Assembly: GCA_963663545.1 (NCBI GenBank)
Contig: OY760505.1
Span: 1,856,001-1,920,000 of the forward strand
Source of the DNA: Candidatus Delongbacteria bacterium
GTDB taxonomy: Bacteria > CAIWAD01
Direction of reading: 5' to 3'
DNA length: 64,000 nucleotides
This document shows positions 9,744 through 17,677 of this stretch, piece by piece (positions within the stretch are counted from its first letter, which is position 1; each line of letters starts with the position of its first letter). The notes beneath the pieces were generated by a model. That model saw only the letters and a list, made by a program, of their open reading frames with translations, did no database searches and was not told the DNA's origin. Both the position numbers and the translations under genes were made by a program.

Positions 9744-11123
9744 ATGAAAGCACGTATTCTGGTCGTCGACGACAATCCCAGCCTGCTGCGCGAAGTTCGC
9801 AGCATTTTCGAGGAACAGGGACATATGATCGATGACTGCACAAGCGTATTCGACGCAAAGCGACTGATCGATGAGAACCGTTACGATGCGGCCGTTTTTG
9901 ATATTCATTTCCCGGATGGAAACGGCGTCGATCTGCTCAAATACAGCAAGCAACACCAACCAGCGTTACCAGTGATCATGCTCACCGGCGAATCCTACGA
10001 CGTGATGACGGCCGTTGAGGCAACCAAGGCGGGCGCCTACAACTTTCTTTCCAAGCCGGTCTCAAGCGTTGATCTGGAAATGAATCTGCGTCACGCACTT
10101 GAGCGCAGCCTACTGCTCCGCGAGAATGAAAACCTGGAGCGTGTATCACTGCAGAGTTTCGGCATCGTTGGCGGAAGCCCTTCGATGCAGCGTATCAAGC
10201 GCTTCATCAAGGTGGTCCTCAACCTTGACAGCCCCATCGTGCTCTACGGTGAGACAGGAACGGGCAAGAGCAGTCTGGCACGCGCCATCCACATGCTGAG
10301 CAACCGTTCCGAAGGCCCTTTCTACGTCATCGATTGCAGCGCGCTCACACCCACCTTGATCGAAAGCGAACTCTTTGGAGCCGTCAAGGGCGCGTACACA
10401 GGAGCTCACCGTGATACAATGGGTAAGGTTGAAATGGCCAACGGCGGAACGCTGCTGCTGGACGAGATCAACAGCCTGCCCATGGAGCTGCAGTCGCGCC
10501 TGCTCACCTTCCTCGAGGAGCGCAGTTTCACCCCCGTCGGCAGCACCGAACGTCGTGATGTAGATACACGCATCATTGCGGCTTCCAACGTCGATCTGCA
10601 GGAGCTGCAGCGCGCGGGACGTTTTCGCGAAGATCTGCTGGCGCGACTGCGTTACAGCATTTCTCTGCCACCGCTGCGTGAGCGCCCGGACGACATTCCG
10701 CTGCTCGCCCAGCAACTATTAGAACGCGAGTGTCTTCGACAGAAGCGCCCCGTGGCCGGTATCGATCCCGAAGTCATCGCTTTTCTGCGCGCGCAAAAGT
10801 ACCCGCGTAACATTCGTGACCTTCAGGCGTTGATTGAACTCTCCGTCGCTCTCTTCGCCGAGGCAGCTCCTGAAGGAGAGCTGCCGCTGCAGTTGGAGTA
10901 CATCACCGAAGCCGCCAGCTACATGGGCGACGAAGTGGTCAGCATTCCACAAACCAGCTATCACGCTGCGATGGCGGCCAGCGAACGGCGCTTGATCGAA
11001 GAGGCACTGCGTGCACACAAGGGACGCGTAAGTCTTGCGGCTGCTTCTCTTGGTCTGGCGCGCGACAACTTTGGTCACAAGATGCGCAAGCACGGCATTC
11101 AAGCAGAACACTACAAGCGTTGA
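9744..11123 (+). CDS. NtrC-family sigma54-dependent response regulator (REC-AAA+-Fis HTH)
   Basis: ILVVDDN, DIHFPDGNG, Walker A GETGTGKS, ESELFG..KGAYTGA, GGTLLLDEI, LPPLRER, C-terminal HTH. Confidence 0.95.
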   Translation: MKARILVVDDNPSLLREVRSIFEEQGHMIDDCTSVFDAKRLIDENRYDAAVFDIHFPDGNGVDLLKYSKQHQPALPVIMLTGESYDVMTAVEATKAGAYNFLSKPVSSVDLEMNLRHALERSLLLRENENLERVSLQSFGIVGGSPSMQRIKRFIKVVLNLDSPIVLYGETGTGKSSLARAIHMLSNRSEGPFYVIDCSALTPTLIESELFGAVKGAYTGAHRDTMGKVEMANGGTLLLDEINSLPMELQSRLLTFLEERSFTPVGSTERRDVDTRIIAASNVDLQELQRAGRFREDLLARLRYSISLPPLRERPDDIPLLAQQLLERECLRQKRPVAGIDPEVIAFLRAQKYPRNIRDLQALIELSVALFAEAAPEGELPLQLEYITEAASYMGDEVVSIPQTSYHAAMAASERRLIEEALRAHKGRVSLAAASLGLARDNFGHKMRKHGIQAEHYKR

Positions 11124-11158
11124 ATGATGATTGCCTTGTCGTGAAGTATGCCAAAGAG

Positions 11159-11192
11159 CAAATGCGGGGCCCCGAAAGGCCCCGTTTGTTTT
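11159..11192. terminator. Probable bidirectional intrinsic terminator
   Basis: CGGGGCC-CCGAAA-GGCCCCG stem-loop followed by TTTGTTTT, between convergent genes. Confidence 0.75.
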
Positions 11193-11200
11193 CGTTCACA

Positions 11201-14200
11201 TCATTCGTTTACGGCCACAACGCGGAAGAACAAGCGCGGCTGTGACACAGGAAGAAGAAGCGTTGTCTGGGTACACTCGGCAAGCTGCACGCCCTCTTCC
11301 AAAGCAAAGCAAGCCTGATCGCAAGCATAGACACGATAAGCGCTGACGACAACAGGCTGTCCTTGATCGTCCACGCTGACTGGAGACCAGCTTAAGCGGA
11401 TCTGTGATGTGCCAACCGGCGTGATACAAAGGTCCTGAATTCTCGCCGGTGATACATTGCGCGAACGAATCGTGAAGACGTCTGGATCAACGGCTACCAG
11501 CGTACTACCGTTCTGTAGATGTGTCACAGCCTGCATCCTGCATTCTTCGCCGTAGGTGTCCGGCAACTGCCAGGAGTAGCTGACGGTCGGCGACAACTCT
11601 TCGGCTATCACGTACTCAAAGCTTGCGCCACCATTCGTTGACAGTAGCAGGTCCACGCTCATTGCAGCTTGAGGATCGGCAAGCTGCCAACTCACTTCTG
11701 CCGTGTCACCGCTGTAATACACCGCTCCTGCGCTCGCGGCATTTACAAAGAACTCGCCCACATGCATCACAACAGGAATGCTGACAAGGCCATTGTCGGG
11801 ATCGTTGCTGCTTAGCACCAGTGCGGCGGCATAAGTGCCTTCGCTGATTCCGTTGGTGTTGACACGGACGCTGACGATGGTGCTGGAACCTCCGTCCAGC
11901 TCACCGCCCATTGGTGTAGCACTTAGCCAGCTGATCTCGGTGCGGCCCGGGTCCAGAGTATCGGAGAGCGCCTCCTGCAGCGTCCACTGCATAGGCTCCA
12001 CACCTGCATTGCCCAGGGTTATCGAAAGCGCCTGTTCGTCACCGGGGAACACTTGATAGCGCAGTTGTCCCGGCGTGAGCCACAGGGTCGGCGGTGCGCC
12101 CGTTGTGGGTGCGACAGCAAATGGCAGGAAGTCCACGTCATCACTGACTACGTCGCCAAGCCCAGTTGGATTGCTGCTGTGCTGTGGCCCCGTGACATCG
12201 CCCCAGTAGTTGTCCGTCGCGTCCACCACAGCACCACTGACGTTCTGGTAGCCATAGGTTGTGTTCTCCATCAGGTCGCAATTGTGCAGTTCGCCGCTTC
12301 CACTGTAACAGTAGACGCCGACGCCATTGTGATGCAGGCTGTTGTAGGCTATGCTAGCCTCGCTTCCCGCCTGTCGTAGATAAATTCCCTGACCCGACGC
12401 GTGCGCAAACTCATTACCCTGTATCACGGGGCTTGAGCTACCGCTGCTATTGCCATAAAAGTACAAACCGCGCAGACCACCGCTGGTGGTATTGTTCACG
12501 ATTACCGGCACCGTCGCCAGCGAACTGTGAGCGTAGTAGTAGATGCAATTAGTATTGGAGTACACATTCTCGAATTGACAATGTGTGACCGTTGGCGAGC
12601 AGTTTTCGATGCGCAACACTGAATTGTGATCGCTGTCACGACGACCACCATAGCGGAAGATCATGTCGTGGATGTTGTTCTCGCCGTTATCGAGGCGCAG
12701 ATAGCCCCAGTCGTTGACACTGGCCAGCTGCTCGTTGCCTTCAACGTCATCACCGTTTGTATCACCGCCAACCTCATCATCGCGACTAGAGGTAAAGATG
12801 ACTTCGTGACCTGGAGCTCCATCAAGATTCAGCACACCGAGCACCTGCAGGTAGCGGTTTGCACTGTGCGTGTTCTGATAGAGGAATTTGACCACAAGGT
12901 CTGGATCAAGCGTCAGTGTATCACCGGCAGAAACACTCAGGTTATTCCACACCGTCCAGGGCATGCCATCGATGGTGCGCAAGCGCGCGCTTTGGCTCAT
13001 GGTGCCGCCAATGCACAGTGTGTGATTCACAGTACCCAACAGATCATTGTCTGTCCACGTCGTCGGCACGGCCCATCCGTTGACGTAGAGCGGATTGCGC
13101 GTGCCCTCGGTATCCACGGTGCTGTGAGAGATCGTGTTGTGCTCAATGCGCGCACGGCATTCCGTCAGATTGAAAGCCCAGCTGCACTCGCTGATGTGAT
13201 TGTAGGCAATGTAAGGCGTCGTGGCATCCACTCCGGATGCGTTTCCATCCAGATTGAGGGCCGTGCCAACATTGCTGATGGTGTTGTAGCTAATCTGTGG
13301 CGCACTTTCCGCGCTCTGCGGTGCGTCGTAATCGATAGCCGTACAGCCGCTGTAGCAATCGACGAATGTATTACGCCGTACGATAGGAGCACAGTCATTG
13401 ATGTAGAGCACCGTGTGACGATCACTATCGCGGCGTCCTCCGTAGCGGAAGAGGACATCGTGGATATCGTTATCACCGTTCAGAACGCGCAAATGACCCC
13501 AGTCATTGCCACTGGCCGCCTGCTCACTTCCTTCCGTCTCGTCTCCATTTGTATCACCGCCGAAGTCGTCGTCGCGACTTGACGTGAACACCACCTCGTG
13601 TCCCGGGCTACCGTCCAGGTCCAGGATTCCCTGAATCTGCATGTAGCGGTTGGCGCTGTGAGTGCTCTGATAAAGGAACTTGACGACCAGGTCGGCGTCG
13701 AGTGTCAGTGTTGCCCCTGTGTTTACTGCCAGGTTGTTCCACACCGTCCAGGGCATGCCATCAATGGTGCGCAAGCGCGCGCTCTGGCTCATGGTGCCAC
13801 CAATGCACAGTGTGTGATTCACGGTACCCAACAGATCATTGTCTGTCCACGTCGTCGGCACAGCCCATCCGTTGACGTAGAGCGGATTGCGCGTGCCCTC
13901 GGTATCCACGGTGCTGTGCGAGATCGTGTTGTGCTCGATGCGCGCACGGCATTCCGTCAGATTGAAAGCCCAACTGCACTCGCTGATGTGGTTGTAGGCA
14001 ATGTAGGGCGTCGTGGCATTCACTCCGGATGCGTTTCCATCCAGGTTGAGCGCTGTGCTGACATTGCTGATACTGTTGTACGTGATCTGCGGGGTACTCT
14101 CCGCGCTCTGCGGTGCGTCGTAATCGATAGCCGTACAGCCGCTGTAGCAATCGACGAATGTATTACGTCGCACAATCGGTGCACAATCATTGACATAGAG

Positions 14201-17200
14201 CACCGTGTGACGATCGCTGTCGCGGCGCCCGCCGTAGCGGAAGATGACATCGTGGATATTGTTGTCACCGTTTAAAACTCGCAGGTGGCCCCAGTCGCTT
14301 GAGCTGGCTTCCACCTCGCTGCCTTCGATTTCATCACCGTTTGTATCACCGCCAAACTCGTCGTCACGGCTGGAAGTAAACACGACTTCGTGGCCCGGGC
14401 TGCCGTACAGATCCAGAATGCCCTGAACCTGCAAATAGCGGTTGGCACTATGCGTACTCTGATAGAGGAACTTCACAACCAGATCTTCATCAAGGGTCAG
14501 TGTATCACCGCTGGCGACCGTGACATTGTTCCACACCAACCAGGTGAGTCCCTCAACATCGCTCCAGTGCACGTTCTGATTGATGTTGCCCTGCACCGCA
14601 ATCACGGGAAGGATCGTGCCCGTCAGCTCGTTGTCCGTGAGCGCAGGAGAAACCCAGCCGTTGAGCAGGAAAGGAAGCCGGGTTCCTTCGGTTTCGGTAC
14701 CCGTGTGGCTGATGTGGTTCTCCACCAGGCTTGGTGTGCACTCGTTGAGTTGAATGGCAACGGAGCAGTCGGAGATTGTATTACGCGCAATCAGGGGCTG
14801 CGTTGCCAGCTGACTGGATCCGTTGCCGTCCAGATAGATCGCCTGATTGACGTCGCTGATGCTATTGTCCAGTATCCTCGGCGTTGTTACGCTGCTCTGG
14901 CTTGCGCTGTAGTAGATGGCTGTCGCAGAAGGATAACAGTCAAGGAGGCGGCAGTCGTTGATCTGCGGCGAGCATCCGACGACGTAGATGACATTGTGCC
15001 GATCACCGTCGCGGCGACCCGCGTAGCGGAAGATCAGATCATGCACTACTGTTTCGTCTGTATCGAGACGCAGATAGGCCCAATCGCTTGAACTGGGTTC
15101 TACTTCCAGCACAGGTGTCTGGTCGTCGCCGTTTGTATCACCGCCGAACTCGTCGTCGCGATTTGAAGTAAGAACGATCTCGTGTCCCGGCGCACTCAGG
15201 AAATTGATACTTCCCAAAGCCTGGATATAGCGATTTGCGCTGCGGCTGCTCTGCGGCAGGAACTTCACCACAAGATCCGGTGCCAGGGTCAGCTCAACGC
15301 CACTGTTCACCGTGATGTTGTTCCAGATGAGATAAGGCAGATCGTGCTCAACGTGAGTCCAGCGCGTATCACGCGCGATAGCTCCTTGCACAGCCAGCAC
15401 GGGCCAAACCGTACCCAGCAGAATATTGTTCTCGAAACTTGGCTCTACCCAACCATTGATCAGGTAAGGGAGGCGTGTCCCTTCATTGGTCGCATCCTCG
15501 TGACTGATCAGGTTGCCAGAAATCAACGGATCGCACTCGTTCAACTGAATTGCATAGCTGCAGTTGATCAGTTCATTTCCCTGGATCACCGGGGAAGTCG
15601 TTGTGCGAGACACGTTGCTACCATCTACGTAGAGGGCCTGATTCACGCCTGTGATACGATTGTTGCTGATCTGGGGAGTGGTTTCAGCACTCTGGTTGGC
15701 CTGATAATAAATGGCCGTCGTGCCACTGTAGCAGTTCTCCACAAGGTTGTGATCCACAACCGGTGACACACCATCCGCCCAGATCACGGCATTACGCGTG
15801 CTTTGTAATCCAGCGTAACGGAAGAGAGCGTTCTCTACACGGACGGCACCATTGCCGATGCGCAGAAATCCCCAGTCACCGGCAGCAGCGACCGTCTCTT
15901 CGCCGTCGCCGTTGCTGTCACCGCCGTATTCGTCATCTCGCTCCGAGGTAAACACCACCGGATCTGCAGGCGTGCCCAGCAGACGAAGATCGCCCAGGGC
16001 GTACAGCCAGCGCTTGCCACTGGCGCTGGACTGATACTGGAACTTGACGACCGTGCCGCCCTCGATGGTCAGTGTGACACCGCTGTTGATGGTGATTCCA
16101 CTCGTCAGCAAATACACGTAGTCGCGCGACCAGAAGGTATCCGCAGTTATGTTGCCGCTGATTTGGATCACACCTTCCTGAGCGTGCATGGCGTCCAGCA
16201 GCGCGGGAAGATCGGGCATCAGGCCAATGGGACGATCGAACTCTTCGCTCTGCGGCGTTCCCGTAGTACGAAGCAAACTGCGCATTTGCCAGGCGTCCAA
16301 CACTTCGCCACTGTGGCCGCTCTTGAAGACACCCTGCATGCACGCGACAGCTCCTGCGATGATGGGCGTCGCAGCCGAGGTTCCGCTAAAGGAGTAGGTA
16401 TAGGCCTGTCGCTCATCACCACCAGGCAGAAAGAGATCACCGTATCCACAGGATACCACCGTTTCGCCCACGGCAAAGGCATCAATTCGACTGCCGCTGT
16501 TGGTGTAACACGCGGGTTCTAGATCCGTGTTGGCCGCGGCAACAAGTAGGGCTCCGCTGTCTTGTGTCACCAGATCCCACTGCCCGGCAAAATCGCTGTG
16601 ATCCAAGGGCAGACAGCCGTTTCCGGCAGCTGTCACCACAATCAGGCCATTCGCAGTCAGGGTTTGAATGGCTTCGAAATCCGCCAGATTAGCCTCCGGC
16701 GGCAGCATTCCCGCTTCGCCGCAACTGCACTCATAGCCTGAGGGAAAGCTTCCAGACTCGTAGCCCCAGGAGGCGCTGATCACATCTCCCGCGTCAAGGG
16801 CCGCCCCAGCCGCAAGCCAGGCCGCCGCAGTACCTTCCTCGAAGATGCCTTGAGCGAAAACGGCCTCCGGCGCTGCCAGCATACCGTTGACGCCGTAGTC
16901 TCCGTGAGCCGCAGCAAGCACGCCCGCGCATGCGGTTCCGTGATTGCGCCACTCTGTGTCAGCAGAATTGCCTCCACCCAGGTAGCTCAGATCCAGATCT
17001 TCGTGATCCAACACCCAACCGCCGTCGATCACGCACACGCTCACCGTAGCGGCATCGGCACCCGTAATCGATCCAACACTCGTAGCACCCGTTCCCGTCG
17101 GCGCATTCAAAAGATGGTGCTGCATCGGTGTGTAGTTGGGTGTCGTTGGTGTCAGATCTACCGCGGACATCTTCGGTAAGGGTACGAGGCCGGCATAGCG

Positions 17201-17668
17201 GATTCCTGGCAGCTTCCGCAGCGCTTCCGCCAGCTCCCGTCCGGATTTTGTATCACCAACATTACAGCTGTACCAGTTGTTCAAATCAGGCAGATCTGTC
17301 CGGCTGCCGCGCAGGAGAAGACGATCTACATCGGCTTCACTGAGGCTGCTGAACAAACGCATCGGCTGATCAGCTCTGTATTCGTCAAGTGCAGCGGAAA
17401 GCTGGTTTGCCGTCACTTGATCAAGACCCGCCAGCGCTCCGCGCTCCAGACGAACCTGCAGGTCGTTATCGAAAGCAAATTCCACGCGCTCACTGGCATA
17501 GAAGCCGGTTGTCGGTCGTCCGGCCTCATTGTGCTGAATTCCAGGTGTGGCCGCTTGTATCACCGTACACATGCCAAGGCCGACAGCCAATGCACTGGCC
17601 GGAAAAAGCTTTGTTCTATTCAATCCGCCATTCATGGCCGTATATCTCCAGTTTCTCTTGTTCATCAT
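11201..17668 (-). CDS. 2155-aa secreted S8 (subtilisin-like) peptidase with five parallel beta-helix repeat modules, a BACON-like and a C-terminal FN3-like domain
   Basis: Catalytic triad motifs VIDGG, HGTACAG, SGTSAATP; five FTS.RDD..GGD.NGD modules; VDATDNYWG cap; SNDPD Ig-like motif. Confidence 0.88.
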   Translation of the reverse strand: MMNKRNWRYTAMNGGLNRTKLFPASALAVGLGMCTVIQAATPGIQHNEAGRPTTGFYASERVEFAFDNDLQVRLERGALAGLDQVTANQLSAALDEYRADQPMRLFSSLSEADVDRLLLRGSRTDLPDLNNWYSCNVGDTKSGRELAEALRKLPGIRYAGLVPLPKMSAVDLTPTTPNYTPMQHHLLNAPTGTGATSVGSITGADAATVSVCVIDGGWVLDHEDLDLSYLGGGNSADTEWRNHGTACAGVLAAAHGDYGVNGMLAAPEAVFAQGIFEEGTAAAWLAAGAALDAGDVISASWGYESGSFPSGYECSCGEAGMLPPEANLADFEAIQTLTANGLIVVTAAGNGCLPLDHSDFAGQWDLVTQDSGALLVAAANTDLEPACYTNSGSRIDAFAVGETVVSCGYGDLFLPGGDERQAYTYSFSGTSAATPIIAGAVACMQGVFKSGHSGEVLDAWQMRSLLRTTGTPQSEEFDRPIGLMPDLPALLDAMHAQEGVIQISGNITADTFWSRDYVYLLTSGITINSGVTLTIEGGTVVKFQYQSSASGKRWLYALGDLRLLGTPADPVVFTSERDDEYGGDSNGDGEETVAAAGDWGFLRIGNGAVRVENALFRYAGLQSTRNAVIWADGVSPVVDHNLVENCYSGTTAIYYQANQSAETTPQISNNRITGVNQALYVDGSNVSRTTTSPVIQGNELINCSYAIQLNECDPLISGNLISHEDATNEGTRLPYLINGWVEPSFENNILLGTVWPVLAVQGAIARDTRWTHVEHDLPYLIWNNITVNSGVELTLAPDLVVKFLPQSSRSANRYIQALGSINFLSAPGHEIVLTSNRDDEFGGDTNGDDQTPVLEVEPSSSDWAYLRLDTDETVVHDLIFRYAGRRDGDRHNVIYVVGCSPQINDCRLLDCYPSATAIYYSASQSSVTTPRILDNSISDVNQAIYLDGNGSSQLATQPLIARNTISDCSVAIQLNECTPSLVENHISHTGTETEGTRLPFLLNGWVSPALTDNELTGTILPVIAVQGNINQNVHWSDVEGLTWLVWNNVTVASGDTLTLDEDLVVKFLYQSTHSANRYLQVQGILDLYGSPGHEVVFTSSRDDEFGGDTNGDEIEGSEVEASSSDWGHLRVLNGDNNIHDVIFRYGGRRDSDRHTVLYVNDCAPIVRRNTFVDCYSGCTAIDYDAPQSAESTPQITYNSISNVSTALNLDGNASGVNATTPYIAYNHISECSWAFNLTECRARIEHNTISHSTVDTEGTRNPLYVNGWAVPTTWTDNDLLGTVNHTLCIGGTMSQSARLRTIDGMPWTVWNNLAVNTGATLTLDADLVVKFLYQSTHSANRYMQIQGILDLDGSPGHEVVFTSSRDDDFGGDTNGDETEGSEQAASGNDWGHLRVLNGDNDIHDVLFRYGGRRDSDRHTVLYINDCAPIVRRNTFVDCYSGCTAIDYDAPQSAESAPQISYNTISNVGTALNLDGNASGVDATTPYIAYNHISECSWAFNLTECRARIEHNTISHSTVDTEGTRNPLYVNGWAVPTTWTDNDLLGTVNHTLCIGGTMSQSARLRTIDGMPWTVWNNLSVSAGDTLTLDPDLVVKFLYQNTHSANRYLQVLGVLNLDGAPGHEVIFTSSRDDEVGGDTNGDDVEGNEQLASVNDWGYLRLDNGENNIHDMIFRYGGRRDSDHNSVLRIENCSPTVTHCQFENVYSNTNCIYYYAHSSLATVPVIVNNTTSGGLRGLYFYGNSSGSSSPVIQGNEFAHASGQGIYLRQAGSEASIAYNSLHHNGVGVYCYSGSGELHNCDLMENTTYGYQNVSGAVVDATDNYWGDVTGPQHSSNPTGLGDVVSDDVDFLPFAVAPTTGAPPTLWLTPGQLRYQVFPGDEQALSITLGNAGVEPMQWTLQEALSDTLDPGRTEISWLSATPMGGELDGGSSTIVSVRVNTNGISEGTYAAALVLSSNDPDNGLVSIPVVMHVGEFFVNAASAGAVYYSGDTAEVSWQLADPQAAMSVDLLLSTNGGASFEYVIAEELSPTVSYSWQLPDTYGEECRMQAVTHLQNGSTLVAVDPDVFTIRSRNVSPARIQDLCITPVGTSQIRLSWSPVSVDDQGQPVVVSAYRVYACDQACFALEEGVQLAECTQTTLLLPVSQPRLFFRVVAVNE
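12900..14450. repeat. Near-identical intragenic tandem duplication, period 792 bp (264 aa)
   Basis: ACCGTCCAGGGCATGCCATC starts at 12951 and 13743; long stretches are almost identical. Boundaries are approximate. Confidence 0.9.
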
Positions 17669-17677
17669 TCCGCCTCC

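Noticed and set aside
12053..15766. Long plus-strand ORFs antisense to the S8 protease, and similar antisense ORFs elsewhere
   Set aside because: No recognisable motifs; explained by codon bias and repeats of the real gene on the other strand.
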